Positions 24,511 to 39,560 of a stretch of 64,000 nucleotides of DNA are shown here, piece after piece. The notes under the pieces are model-generated. The model had not been told where the DNA came from, did no database searches, and worked only from the letters and a program-made list of their open reading frames with translations. Each line of letters starts with the position of its first letter. Position 1 is the stretch's first letter. Made by a program: the position numbers and the translations under genes. The DNA is from Octopus sinensis (lineage: Eukaryota): positions 1,550,001 to 1,614,000 of the forward strand of contig NC_043023.1 in the NCBI RefSeq assembly GCF_006345805.1, in the 5' to 3' direction.

Positions 24511-25265
24511 TATATATATATATATATATATATGGTGTGTATATATAATATATATATATATATTATATATATGTGTATATATGTATATATATATCTTAAT
24601 ATTATATATTATATATATAATATAATATATATAACATATATATATATATATATACATACACACACACTTGCACACACACATTTACAGTTATGATGCACTC
24701 TTGCAGCTCCCATACTCCTTTCACTCTTCTGCAATTCAAAGTAGTTTTATACTATTCAAACCATTGAAATTTATGTGACAAATTACACATGGTGTCACAT
24801 GTGCTGTTGACAGAGAGTGTTGCACAGCACAATGTGTTGTAAGTGATCGCTATAGCAATTTCCTACCTAAATATTACATACATACAAATATATAAATACA
24901 TACATATATATATATACATACACACACACGTATATATATGCGTTTGTGTAAGTGTGTCTGGCTATGTGTGTGTTGTGGGTAATGATACTTTCAAATCTCA
25001 ATGCTAGAGTAAATGGAAGGAGACATAAAATTATGGTAAAATGATGGATCAATGTCCTGAGGATATGGTTCTTGATGTGTTTAAATTATGGGTGTAGGTG
25101 TTGTATATAACTGTACATTACGCTCACACCACAAACACACACACACACACAGAGGTATATACCCATATACACATACATACGCCCACACACTGATATATAT
25201 ATATATATACATATATATTGAACTATACCTACATATATAGTGAATATATACACACACACATATAT

Positions 25266-25314
<49 letters not shown>

Positions 25315-25639
25315 TATGTATATATGTATATATTAATGGAAATTGGCACACCACACACACAATGCAGGTACAGATACACACAGATGCGCACACCATGCAG
25401 ACAGAAATACACACACACAAGAATTTGTAGGCTTATATATTTAAAAATTAATATACACAGGTGTATGACATTTATCTTAATATATATATGTGTGGGTGTA
25501 TATATATTATATATATATATATATATATTATAATATATATACTATATATTATATGTGTATATAATATATACTAATGTATATATATGTATATATATATATA
25601 TATGTAAGTATATATATATGTTTTATATATATATATATC

Positions 25640-25678
<39 letters not shown>

Positions 25679-26032
25679 ATATATATATATACATACATAC
25701 ATGCATAGACACGTTCAAATTATTTATTCATTACCGGGGTATGTATGCATATACTATATATATATATTCACGCGCACAGACATTAATATGTGAGTGCACA
25801 TGTGCATATGTTTAGCTGATGCAGTTTCCGATATACACATATATACACACATGTATATATATACATATATATACACATATATATAAATAGAGAAATGTAC
25901 ACATAGAAAGCCACAGATGTAAACTCCTTCTTATACACAATGTACACACATATGTCTGTGTGTGTATATATATATATATACACACACACACATACTTGCA
26001 ATTTTGAGTGTATATGTATGTGTTTCTAAGTG

Positions 26033-26071
<39 letters not shown>

Positions 26072-28129
26072 TTGTGTATACATAAGTGTATATTTATGAA
26101 TATAACTGTATGCACACACACCTTTATATACTTATATATAAAGGTATGTGTGTGTACAGTGATGTACATAAATACACACATAAGAGTACACAAGCATACA
26201 TATACATACATTCATACATATAATCTCATGTATACACACATGCACAGACATACTTCAGAATTAAATACTTCCATACACTGTGTAATACTCAGATACAATC
26301 AATACAATACAGAAATACACCTTTGCATACGCATACCTAGGCAAGTCTATACTCACACAAGCATACACACACACACACACACACACTCACTCTCTCTCTC
26401 TCTCTCTAAAAATCACTCTCATACACACACTCAAGCAGAGATAAACACACTCAAAAAGACAGGGGTATACATATACACACACAGATCTCTCTCTCTCACA
26501 CAATTACACATACACACACTGACACACTGCCACACACACTGCCACACACACTGACACACACACACACATCCATTAACACATACACTCACATAATTGAAGA
26601 GATACATTACCTGATATTCACAAAGACACAACATACTTCCACATACACACACACACATATAAATGCACACATGCAAAAACACACAGAGCCATACACATAC
26701 AAACTCACGTTCACATTTATACATATACATACACATGTACAGGTACATACATTTAATGGCTTATATACCCATATGAACATACACACACACACACATACTC
26801 TCTACACATATTTACACACATATATACACGCACTAAGATATATACTAGCATATACACAAACAGTTAAATAAACACATATGCACACATACATACATTATAT
26901 ACAGTCACACATACACACATAATATACAGATACATATATACACATATTCTCTCTCTCCCTCTCACACACACACACACTATACACAAAATCAAATACATAT
27001 ACAGTCACAGACATTGACACACATATATATATATATACATACATATAAACACACATATATACATATGCACATATACACATTTACATAACACCAATGCACA
27101 ACACACACACACATATCTACATATGCCAATACACAAACAAATGTATATATACATAAACACATACGCATATTTATACACACATACATGTATACACACATTT
27201 ACATAACACCTATGCACAAACACACATCCACCACACACACATATCACATATGCCAATACACAAACACAAGTGTATATATATATAGATTATATATATATAT
27301 AATATATACATAAACATATACACACATTTATACACACATACATGTATACACACATTTACATAACATCTATGCACAAAAAATACACATGCATACCCACATA
27401 CATATATCCACAGATGCCCATACACACACGCACTCACACACCACACACACACACCTAATCACACTATTGTTAGATAAAATTTCTAAAATTTCAGCCAACA
27501 GGAATTTATGACCAACTTTTAGCATTCCATTAACACCAGAATCTGCTAAAATGCAGGACCAAAACTCTGACGTGGCATCAGAGAAGTGAGAAATGTCAGA
27601 AGGAGGCTGACATTCTTGTGGAACTCTTGTCAAAGACAGTGTTAGAATGGCAGCAGCGGAGAATCTGCTGCAATTTATCTATTCAAAGAACAATACCTAC
27701 TAAAACACATACACACGTGTAGGAAGGATAAAGACCTCCTTCAGTCATGCATGACCATGGGGTTGCTCCTAGAAAGTTCCCCTCCGAGGCACGAGTCCAG
27801 GCAAGGTTGTTTATGGAAGACCAGCAGTCACCCATGCATACCAGCCTCTCCTTTCTACACCATTATATGTACATAGGGTAAAATGGAAAAGACCCCTTTG
27901 GGCATGAACGACCATGGGATTGCACTTAGAATGATCCCTTCTGAGGCGCAAGTCCAGGCAATGTTGTTTATGGAAGACCACCAGTTGCCCATGCATACCT
28001 GCCTTCCCTCTCCATGCCACCGATGTTATCCAAGGGAAAGGCAAAGGCAGATATGGCTTGGCACCAGTGATGTCACAACTCATTTCATGTCACAACTCAT
28101 TTCTACAGCTGAGTGAACTGGAGCAACAT

Positions 28130-28830
28130 GGTCGACCAGAAACAAAGGTGGATAATGACAAACTGAAAGTCACCATTGAGTCAGATCCATCTCAAAGTGC
28201 CTGTGAATTATCGTTGTTGTTTGGTGCTAGCAAGCAAACAATATTGACTCACCTGGTTCAAATTGGTAAAGTGAAAAAGTTGGATAGGTGGGTTCCACAT
28301 GAATTCAATGAAAATCAGAAACAGAAACGTTTGGAAGCCTGTATTATGCTACTTTCTTGTCACAAAAATGAATCAAATGGATCCAATACAACAACCATAA
28401 ACGTTCAGCACAATGGTTGGTTAGAGGTGAGCACCAAAACACAGTCCGAAAAGCAAAATTCTTCAAAAGAAGCTGATGGTGTGTGTTTGTTGGTCTGGCG
28501 CAGGTGTGATCCATTATGATTTCATTAAACTTGCCTCACAGCCGAAGTATACTACAGCCAACTAGATCAAATAATGCAGAAACTTACAAAAAAACAAACA
28601 GCCTAGATTAGTCAACAGATCCACTCCTATTTTATTGCAAGACAACACCAGACCACACATCGCAAAAATGACATTGGCAGAACTACAGGAGTTGGAGTCG
28701 GAAGTTCTCCATCGTCCACCATACTCATCTGATCTTGCCCCCACTGACTACCACTTCTTCTGGAATTTGGATAACTTTTTGATACAGCAAAAAATTTAAT
28801 TCCAATGATGCTGTAAAATTGGCCTTCAGG
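28130..28830 (+). pseudogene. Decayed mariner (Hsmar1/SETMAR-like) transposase
   Basis: GRPETKVDNDKLK..KKLDRWVPHEF, LLQDNTRPH and HRPPYSSDLAPTDYHFF. Frameshifts are present, and the segment with the first catalytic Asp (TxDE) is deleted between KNE and KWIQYNN. Confidence 0.9.
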
Positions 28831-28844
28831 CTTTTACAGTTCCG

Positions 28845-29560
28845 GGCTGGGATGGTTTCTTCGGCTGGATGCCCTTCCTGATGCCAACTACTCCAAGAGA
28901 ATAAGTGGTGCCTTTAGGCACCAGTTGTGTGACACCAGTATCCACCAAGACTACAATTTCACTAGACTTGGTGGATCTTCTCAAGCAAAACATATTGCCA
29001 AAGGTCTCGGTCATTTGTCATTGCTTCCACAAGGCCTAACACTCGAAAGGCGTCTTTTATATGCCACCAGCACAGGTGCCATTTATGCAGCACTGGTATC
29101 GGCCACATTGCCTCTGTGAGGCCCAACACTCAATGGGTGCTTTTTAGGTGTCACTGGCACAGATGCTAAATGCCTCTGTGAGGCCCAATGCTCCAAAGGT
29201 GCTTTTTACATGCCACCAACACAGGTGCTAGTTATGCAACACTGGCATAGTGAACATTGCCTCTGTGAGGCCCAACACTCAATGGGTGCTTTTTAGGTGT
29301 CACTGGCACAGATGCTAAATGTCTCTGTGAGGCCCAATGCTCCAAAGATGCATTTTACATGCCACCAGCACAGGTGCCATTTATGCAACACTGGCATTGT
29401 GCACATTGCCTCTGTGGGGCCCAGTGCTTAACAGGTTCTTTTTATGTGTCACCAGCATGGGTGCCAGGTACATGACACCCACAGCAGCCACATTGCCTCC
29501 ATGAGGCCCAACACTTGTAAGGTACTTCTCACCTGTAACCAGTACAGGTGCCAATAGCCA
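28845..29560 (-). repeat. SINE family F with internally amplified ~50-60-bp modules (~145-bp higher-order unit twice)
   Basis: gccacc(a)gcacaggtgcc..ttatgcaacactggc..cacattgcctctgtgaggcccaa recurs. Confidence 0.7.
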
Positions 29561-30041
29561 CAACTACAATTGTCAATGAAATCCACCGACAAGGCTTACG
29601 TCCACCTGAGGCTACAGGAGAATACACTTGCTCAAGGTGCTGCAAAGTGGAATTGAAACCAAGGCCACACAGTTTGGTCAATGTTAAAGTTTATCTCATT
29701 AACACTTTGCAATCAATGCTTCTTCATCAGGCATTCTCTATTTTTTTATTCTTATGATAGAAGTCTGTCATATATATAATATACATGTGTGAGTGTATAT
29801 GTGCATGTTATGGTCTCTGGACATAAATGTCAACATTACATAAGCAGTGTCCTTCATTAAGATTCTTATGTGGAAACATGAAATGAGCAGGGGTGAATAT
29901 TACTTTGCTTTGAAAGAGGTGAGGGTTGGTGACAGGAAGGGCATCCATTCATACAAAATCTCCTTTAACAAATTCCATCTGACTCATGCAAGCATGGAAA
30001 AGAGGATGTTGAAGCAATATTGATGATCAAACCCTGCCCCT

Positions 30042-30072
<31 letters not shown>

Positions 30073-30433
30073 ACATACACACACATACACACACACACAT
30101 ACACACACACACACGTGTGTGTCCACACATGTTAAAAAATTACAGATCAAATCACATGGGAAACAGAATAAAAATAAAATTTAATTGCTAATTTAACACT
30201 CAAAAAGAGATTACAAAGGAGAAATGTCATTGATATTTTGAGCTGAGGCTCTTCATCACAAAGTTGGACAGAGAGAACAAAGGCAGTAGAAGGAAGGAAA
30301 GAAAAAGCAAATGAAAACTTCCTTTTTCGTGCTTAGCACAAGACACATATTGATTGCATGTATGCGCAAACAATATTTAGCGCTAAATTGAGAGTTGCAT
30401 GTCTTTTAAAGAATAATTCTTGTCGAAAAGTAA

Positions 30434-30870
30434 TTAACCTTTTTGGTACCAACCAACTAGAGACTGCCCCAGGTTCTATGATACCAACTTCCTGTTTTAA
30501 AGTGATCTAAATTAAAATCTTCTATCAAAATTTCGTATTAATTTTATGTTCCAAACACCAGCTGCATAATGACAAAGTTATTTTACTAAATTCTTCCCTG
30601 TTCTTCGCCAGAGACAACTCTCCCCCCCACCCCAGTTTTGTGATAGAATCTTCCTGATCTAAATTAAAACCTTCTATCAAAATTGTCAATTTATGTTTCA
30701 AACACCGGCTTAATAATGAGAAAGTTATTTGATAGAATTCTTCATTATTTTCGAAATTAATTGAAACAAAGCCATCATATTTCTTCAGAAATATATCAAG
30801 ACAGTTAACCCTTTTGATAGCAAGGCAAACGAGACTCTTCCTAGTTCTATGGTAGAAACTTTCTGCTTTC
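30434..30870. mobile_element. piggyBac-type (TTAA/CCCT-ended) MITE fragments in tandem
   Basis: Starts TTAACCTTTTTGGTACC and TTAACCCTTTTGATAGC. The family recurs at 33170-33480 and 34000-34440 with AAGGGTTAA-like ends. A related type lies at 52500-52700. Confidence 0.5.
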
Positions 30871-32599
30871 ATCTGATTCGAATATTAAAATTTATTTTAC
30901 AAAATTAGCGGTTCGGCAAAAGAGACCGATAGAATAAGTACTGGGCTTACAAAAGAATAAGTCCAGGGGTCGAGTTGTTCGATTAAAGGCGGTGCTCCAG
31001 CATGGCCGCAGTCAAATGACTGAAACAAGTAAAAGAGTAAAGAGTATATGGCGGTGTTGGATTTTTCATAGACATGGCATAAAAAAATAACCAGGAGTGG
31101 CTGTGTGGTAAGTAGCTTGCTAACCAGCCACATGGTTCTGGGTTCAGTCCCACTGCATGGCATCTTGGGCAAGTGTCTTCTGCTATAGCCCCAGGCCGAC
31201 CAAAGCCTTGTGAGTGGATTTGGTAGACGGAAACTGAAAGAAGCCTGTCGTATATATGTATATATATATATATGTATGTGTGTGTGCGTTTGTGTGTCTG
31301 TGTTTGTCCCCCTAGCATTGCTTGACAGCCGATGCTGGTGTGTTTACGTCCCCGTCACTTAGCAGTTCGGCAAAAGAGACCAATAGAATAAGTACTGGGC
31401 TTACAAAGAATAAGTCCCGGGGTCGATTTGCTCGACTAAAGGCAGTGCTCCAGCATGGCCGCAGTCAAATGACTGAAACAACTAAGAGTAAAGTGTAAAG
31501 AGTAATGTCTCAAAGGAGTGAGTGTCGTGAAGTTTAGTTACATCCACAAACACTTAAGTTTTTCCCAAAATCCAGGGTTTTTATAACTGTTCAACTTGAC
31601 TTTAATCACATAAAAATATTCTTTAACTAATTTTTAGAATTCCTATCTCAGCAGTTATTTCAACCAATGGGAAAATGACAATCATATTTCCTCGGAAACA
31701 CGACATTATATCATATTGCCAGCTACCACAAGTTGGCGCTACTATTTGAAAATGGCTACATGCTACAGCTGTATGGTAAGAGGCTTACCTCCCAAACACA
31801 TGGTATCAGGTTCAGACCCACTGTGTAGCACCTTGGGCACAAAGGAAGTGAAAGAGAAAGAGAGAAAATGAAAGAGACAACATACACATAAATCCAAAGA
31901 AAAGTTCATACATAGATACATATACACAGCAAATATTGGATGTCAATTTCACTTTTCATTACCACACGAGGATAAAATTAACTCACAAATGACTGAGTAC
32001 TCCACAGACATGCATAACATTAAGATAGTTCTCAGGGAGATTCAGCCTCACACAGAATATAACAAGGCTGGTCCCATTGAATTACAGCTACAACGCTGTA
32101 TATATGTATATATGAATGTATTTGTTCGTGTATAGTTTAGGTTTACTTAAAACATGTTTGCAATAATAAGTGTCGTGTGGTGGAAATAAACGCAATTACC
32201 AAACTTTCATCCATAAATCCATTTATTATTTCGTTCTTTTGCATTTCAATTTATACATTAAGCTTCTTTGAATATGTACGATGTATTTTAAGGTTAAATA
32301 GTAATTCCGTTTACGTTTGTGTAACTGAGATATTTTGGTTGGATTATATAGTCATTGGTGTTACATTACTTTCTATATTCTGTAACTGTCACAATATACT
32401 TTTCTAGGCCTGGATTTTTTGTGGGGTTGGGGCCAGTAGATTAGATCGACCCCAGTACACAACTGATACTTAATTTATCGATCCCGAAAAGACAAAAGGC
32501 GAAGTCGATCTTGGCAGAATTTGAACTCAGAACGTAAAGACAGACGGTCATAATATATAAACACTTCTCATGGCACCAGTACACTGTTTCCAGATGCTT

Positions 32600-32818
32600 A
32601 CAGTTTTTATGCAGCACAGGATTTTGTCAGTGAACAGGTTGTGGTGTCAAAGCAATGAAAATATTTTGGCAAATTAAATTTAAATGTTGAAGTGAATCTA
32701 ATGGTTTTTGTGTGTTTCTTAAATGGCTTATAAACACCTTCCACGCTGCAATTGTTTTCGTTCCAGCACACAATCTCAGATCAGGTAACTTGCTACGCAA
32801 GTACATCTCCGTAATACA
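32600..32818 (+). mobile_element. Older single copy of the PLE-like family carrying the G3:C8 hammerhead
   Basis: Aligns with 45620-45764 and with the reverse complement of 45414-45615. Motif TTTGTCA GTGAACA G GTTGT-ggtgtcaaa-GCAAT GAAA ATATTT TGGCAAA at 32623-32673. Confidence 0.7.
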
Positions 32819-35184
32819 TTTTTTATGTTTTCCGTGAATTTTTTACAGGTCTAGCTAATCAGAGCATTAGCTCACTGGCTAATCACAACATCAGTGCCTG
32901 TTCTGGCACTGTTTTTCTATACGTCAGGGAGACGAATCACTGCTGTCTCCTGCAGTCAAGCATCCATCATGGACAAGACCAACAAAGGTTGCAATCACAT
33001 GATCTGGTGGTCTCACCACTGGAAGTAGCAGAGATTTATCTCCCCTGCTAGCAATATAAACTAGAGTGAATTTTGCACCAAAATACCAATATGAGAGTTT
33101 CTCTTATGGCTTCTACCACAGTATAGATTGTTCTAACAGAACATCCATATCTAAATGGTAGTAAATATTACCTTTTGTTAATTAATGGTTCCAAAACAGC
33201 AGCTTGATAGTGACAAAATTATTTTTTCTAAATTCTTCATTATTCTTTAATGATACAAACCTGCCTCAGACCTCACCCTACAACCCACTTTTATGATACG
33301 AATTTCCTGTTTTAAAATGAGCTAAATTAAAACTTTTCATGGAAATCTCTTTAATTCATGTTCTACCGTATTAATAATGACAAAGTTATTTTATTAAAGT
33401 TTTCATTGTTTTCAGAATTGATTGAAACAAAGGCATTATATTTCAGCAGAAATATGGTAAGTAGCGAAGGGCTTAACCATTTTCAAATCAACTCATGGGA
33501 CCATCTTTGGTTCTATAACACGGACATCCTTTTTGTAAAGTTATGTCAATTTTAACCTTCTAAAAAATTTCCAAGGTGCAGGAGTGGCTGTGTGGTAAGT
33601 AGCTTGCTTACAGACCACATGGTTTCAGGTTCAGTCCCACTGCGTGGCACCTTGGGCAAGTGTCTTCTACTATAGCCTCGGGCTGACCAAAGCCTTGTGA
33701 GTGGATTTGGTAGACGGAAACTGAAAGAAACCCGTCGTATATATGTATATGTATGTATATATATATGTGTGTTTGTGTGTCTGTGTGTGTCACCAACATC
33801 GCTTGACAACTGATGCTGGTGTGTTTACGTCCCCATAACTTAGTGGTTCGGCAAAAGAGACCGATAGAATGAGTACTAGGCTTGCAAAGAATAAGTCCTG
33901 GGGTCGATTAGCTTGACTAAAGACGATGCTCCAGCATGGACACAGTCAAATGATTGAAACAAGTGAAAGAGTAAAAGAGTATGCTAATTTAAGTTCCAAA
34001 TACCAGTTTGATAATGTCAAATGTCTTTTACTAAACTCTTTGTTATTTTCAAAATATATTCAAAATAAAGGCAAAGTATTTCAAAAGAAACAGGGTAAGA
34101 AAAGGGTTAAAATGATCTGAACTAAAACCTTCCAACAAAATTTCTTCTTAATTTATGTTCCAAACACCCACTCAATAATGGTAAAGGTATTTTAATAAAT
34201 TCTTCCTTGTTTCCAAACTTAATCTCAGCAAAGACAGTATATTTCAACAGAAATATGGTAGCAAAAGGTTTAAAGTGATCTAAATTTTAAAATCTTCCAT
34301 CACAATTTCATGTCCCTCTATGTTTCAAACACCAGTTTAATAATGGCAAAATTATTTTACTGAATTCTTCTTTATTTCCAAACTCAATCAAAACAAAGAC
34401 TACTGATCTAAATTAAAAACTTCTACCAAAATTTCATGTCAAGTCCTGTTTCAATTCCTGTTCTCCTTAATTTTGCCAGTTGAGTGCAACTGGAGCTGTG
34501 TGGAATACAGTGTCTTGCTGACAGAAACAACACACAACCAGGTACTGAACCCACATCCTTACAATCATGAAACAGGCACAGGAGTGGCTGTGTGGTAAGT
34601 AGCTTGCTTACCAACCACAGTTCCGGGTTCAGTCCCACTGCATCGCACCTTGGGCAAGTGTCTTCTACTATAGCCTCAGGCTGACCAAAGCTTTGTAAGT
34701 GGATTTGGCAGACGGAAACTGAAAGAAGCCCGTCGTATATATGTATATATATATATATGTATATTAAGTAATTCACTGCAGTAGTTTACGCCGGTTTTAT
34801 TTATTTCCAGCAGTATTTATTTCCGGGAATTTGGTGCGCTAGAACGAGGGCATTTGAATGTAACTGTGAATATAATCGGCCGAACTGCTCATGTTTTTGA
34901 CCTCGTGTTAATATATAACGTGCAGTTCGACAAATTATATTTTATGACATACCTCACTGATGATCTGAGGATTAATTATGTAAGTAAAATTGCATAATTT
35001 ATTAACGGTGAAACAATTGTATAGATTTAATCTATATTTTTGTTATTTTTCATTTGTCCTGCTCGATTACATTCTTAGTGTGCTAAATTATTTCTTGAGA
35101 ATAATTCTTAGTGGTTGAGACCCTTTCGGATCTATATCTAGCGTAAGAGCGTCCACATAGTGGATTCTCTCTCATATTTGTGTG

Positions 35185-35215
<31 letters not shown>

Positions 35216-36179
35216 GCAAGTGTGTGTGTTTGTGTGTCTGTGTTTGTCCCACCAACATTGCTTGGCAACCGATGCTGGTGTGTTTACGTCCCTGTAACTT
35301 AGCGGTTCAGCAAAAGAGCGATAGAATAAGTACTAGGCTTACAAAGAATAAGTCCTAGGGTCGATTTGCTCAACTCAAGGCAGTGCTCCAGCATGGCCAC
35401 AGTCAAATGACTGAAACAAGTAAAAGAGTAAACATATAGCCAAACCACAAAGCCACGTACCTTCACTTACTGACTTCCAAGCCTACTGTATCCCATTTGT
35501 TGGTGTATGTCTTACTAAATATAGACCCCTATAGGTTTCAATTAGATTCTATCTAAAATAATCAGCAACACAGATTTGTGTTGTAAAACAGCTATAACTT
35601 TTTTTTAGTTTGTTTCTAAATAAATGCGATTTCTGGAACACAGCTTATCAGAAAGTGCATACAGAATCCAAAGATGGAATTTTCCATCTCAAAGTAATTC
35701 CAATTACAGGTAAAATGCAGGTAATGTCAGAAACGTAAAAGATTGTTTAAATTTTATTTAAATATCACCTGATAAATTTAGTTATTTGCCAATATTCATC
35801 TTCAGTGTATGTGTATATATTTATACAACAGACATGTCGAATGTACAAGAATTGGATTTTCAATTGAACTTTAGGTGCATATGATAAAGCAGGTGTGCCA
35901 AACAAGTGGAATAGCACGAGATACAAGAATTTATCAAAATCTTTGAACAAAACTACAAAAGGAAATAAATTTACACATGCATCAATATGCTCACAATAAT
36001 CTTAAACGGATTCACTAATATAATTAAGCAAAATTTGTCACTCACTTTACAGGTAAATTGAAATCACAGGTAAATAGAATACAATAAAATACAAAAAAAT
36101 AAAAGAAAATGAAATGACAATGTGGTAAACCTGAAAATAAACTAATCTATAGAATTAAATTGTGTGTTTGTGTGTGTAC

Positions 36180-36548
36180 ATAGGCATAGCTGTGTGGTTA
36201 GGGAGCTTGCACTGCAATCATATGGTTGTGGGTTCAGTCCCAATATACAACACCTTTACCAAATGTCTTCTGCTACAGCCTGGAGCTGACCAATGCTTTA
36301 TGAGTGAAGTTGGTTGACAGAAACTCGCAGAAATGTTAGCACACCGGGCAAAATGCGTAGCAGTATTTCATCTGCCATTACGTACTGTGTTCAAATTCTG
36401 CCACGGTCGACTTTGCCTTTCATCCTTTCGGGGTCGATAAATAAAGTACCAGTTATGCACTGGGGTCGATGTAATCGACTTAATCCTTTTGTCTATCCTT
36501 GTTTGTCCCCTCTGTGTTTAGCCCCTTGTGGGCAATAAAGAAATAAGA
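36180..36548 (+). mobile_element. Chimera: 5' half of SINE A joined to a nearly complete SINE B
   Basis: Junction at gttgacagaaactcgcagaaatgttagc. Confidence 0.7.
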
Positions 36549-37175
36549 AACTGTGTGGGTGCTTACTGTATATATACATGTATATGTATGCATATATGTA
36601 CATATACGTGTGTATATTTGCATATACATATATATCTCGAAATATAGGTGTGTGTGTGAATGTGTGTGTGTGCATGTGTGTGTATATATATATATGTATA
36701 TATATTGTCATCACCAATCTATGTCAGTTTCCCATGCTGGCATGGGTTGGATGGTTTGACTGGAACCGGTAAGCTGCACCAGGTTCCAGTCTGATTTAGC
36801 ATGGTGTCTATGTATATATGTGTATATATGTATTTGTGCATATGAGTATATATGTGTGTGTATATACATATGTATGTATGTATATAGGTATATATATATA
36901 TGTGTGTGTGTGTGTATAAAACATATGAGAGAAAAAGAAAATAGAATTGATGAGACTTCTTACTATGCAGTATGATCGCTTCAACTCATCAGGTGTCGAT
37001 GCCTCACAGGTGTGTCTCATTAGTTGGCTTGTCAAAAGGTACCTCATTTTTAAATTTCTGTTTTGCACATTTCAATTAGAATACATTTTGGTTCCTCTAT
37101 ATGAGGAACTAATCAATGATGTAGAATTCATTTTATATAAGCAACAAGGTCACTTATATGCATGTATATATACAG

Positions 37176-37211
<36 letters not shown>

Positions 37212-39109
37212 ATATACATATATCGTGAGGTTATAAGTTCGATTCCTGGACCGGGCTGTGTGTTGTGTTCTTGAGCAAGACACTTTATTTCATGTTGCTT
37301 CAGTTCGCTCAGCTGTAGATATGAGTTACGACGTCACAGGTGCCAAACTGTATTGGCCCCTTTGCCTTTCCTTTGGATAACATCAGTGGCATGGAGAGGG
37401 GAGGCCGGTATGCATGGACGACTGCTGGTCTTCCATAAACAACCTTGCCCGGACTTGTGCCTGGGAGGGTAACTTTCTAGGTGCAATCCCACGGTCTGTG
37501 TCGTGACTGAAGGGGATCTCAATTCAATATATATATAGGTTATGAGAGGTAATGGTGTCAGTGAGACCAAAAGGTGTCATGTAATGCTGAATAAGTGCTA
37601 TGGATAGACCATAGTTAAGTTCCAGATTCGGTAATATTGCGAATAAGGGGTTCAACTTAGATCATATATCAGCTTACTCTTTACTATTTTTACTTGTTTC
37701 AGTCATTTGACTGTGGTCATGCTGGAGCACCGCCTTTAGTCAAGCAAATCGACCCCGGGACTTATTCTTTGTAAGCCCAGTACTTATTCTATCGGTCTCT
37801 TTTGCCGAACCGCTAAGTGACGGGGACGTAAACACACCAGCATCGGTTGCCAAGCAATGCTAGGGGGACAAACACAGACACACAAACACACACATACACA
37901 TACATATACATACATATATACGACAGGCTTCTTTCAGTTTCCGTCTACCAAATCCACTCACAAGGCTTTGGTCGGCCTGGGGCTATAGCAGAAGACACTT
38001 GCCCAAGATGCCATGCAGTGGGACTGAACCCGGAACCATGTGGTTGGTTAGCAAGCTACTTACCACACAGCCACTCCTGCGTCTGTTTGTAGCCATGAAA
38101 TATTTTTCGTCAAATTTTGACATTTTTCAAACATTTAAAATCTATATTAATACGCAGGACCAATTTGAAGACAAAATTAGCAGAGTGTGGTAACGAACCT
38201 GTGTCATCGTCATTTTTGTGCATGTGCGTAAAATGGTGAAATTTTACGCTTTGGGGCAGATTTTGTCAAATTGATGTCATGACAGCTAATATGCAAAATG
38301 CCTAAATTTTGCTTGAGAAATAAAATGCTCTCACCTAATCAAAACCTGAAACACTGGGGAATTAAAATGAATTGAAATAATAAGTTTTAGCAAATCAAAA
38401 CAGTTCGTATTGATATGAAGAATTAGCAAATGCTAAATCAATTACTGTTAATAAGCTGTCTGTTTATACCCATGACACATTTTTCATCAAATTTTGGCAT
38501 TTTTTCGTAAAATCGAGGTCATGATGGTTTGTGCGAAAAATACTGAAATTTTACAATTTTTGAAAAACTGATGCTGATTAAAAAGTGAATTTTAAAAAAT
38601 TCCAAGTGCATAAGTGACCGCATGGGCATAAACCCCACACACGTGTCAAGTTTCATCAAGGTCTGTAAAAAATTCACAAACACATAAACTTGCCATTTAT
38701 TATTATAAATATATATATGTCTATGTGTTGTGTGTGTGTGTGTGTGTGTATATATATGTGTGTGTGTGTGTATATATATATATACGTTTATATATTTGTT
38801 ATGCAAGATTTTTTATGTGAAGTCGTGTGTTGAAACAGATATTGTTATATTTCGGAATGGTCATTTTGCCAGTTTAGCCAATAAAAACACACGCACTATA
38901 TATTTGGTGTTACTTTGTGATGAAAGAACTCTGGCCGAAATAAGATTAAGATTAATGTAAAAAATAAATAACACTGAAGCAAAATAACACCAAATATATA
39001 GTGCGTGTGTTTTTATTGGCTAAACTGGCAAAATGACCATTCCGAAATATAACAATATATATATATATATATATATCCACATATATATATATGTAAAAAA
39101 GCACTATCC

Positions 39110-39560
39110 AAATGTGTCCGATGCTAGCACCGCCTTGACTGGCTTCTGTGCCGGTGGCATGTGACCTGCTGTGCTTGAGGAGACCTATTGAGTCAAGTAC
39201 ATCAACATCAAAATAACTATCAAATGGAAATTGTAGTTGTGATTCCTGTGCCAGTGACACATAAAAAGCACCATCCGAACGTGGCCAATGCCAGCGCTGC
39301 CTTGACTGGCTTCTGTGCTAGTGACACGTAAAAAGCACCAACCGATCGTGGCCAATGCCAGCCCCGCCTGGCACCTGTGTCGGTGGCACGTAAAAAGCAC
39401 TCACTACAATCATGGAGTGGTTGGCGTTAGGAAGGGCATCCAGCTGTAGAAACACTGCCAGATCAGACTGGAGTCTGGTGCAGCCTCCTGGCTTCCCAGA
39501 CCCCAGTTGAACCATTCAGCCTGTGCTAGCATGGAAAACGGACATTAAACGATGATGATG
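39110..39560 (+). mobile_element. SINE family F (ggcacgtaaaaagcac modules, tail catgctagcatggaaaacggacattaaacgatgatgat)
   Basis: Family also at 40928-42798(-), 44260-44540(-), 44800-45175(-) and 63807-63915. Confidence 0.8.

Noticed and set aside
27455-27678. Open 224-nt minus segment between AG and GT (INCSRFSAAAIL...NNSVIR)
   Set aside because: Splice signals are weak, the donor lies in a (GT)n tract, and there is no recognisable homology or PGPG motif. The plus strand gives a similarly open frame, so it is ambiguous.
29695-29735. Minus-strand CTGATGAAGAAGCATTGATTGCAAAGTGTTAA
   Set aside because: Too many changes are needed to restore stem II and GAAA. It could be a very old motif but is not supportable.
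34952-34970. TGATGA and CTGA boxes in a small hairpin, as a C/D snoRNA
   Set aside because: The boxes are 1 nt apart, leaving no room for guide sequences.
38085-38695. AT-rich element with gtgtcaagtttcatcaag motif
   Set aside because: It looks like an interspersed DNA element, but I could not define termini or class from the sequence alone.
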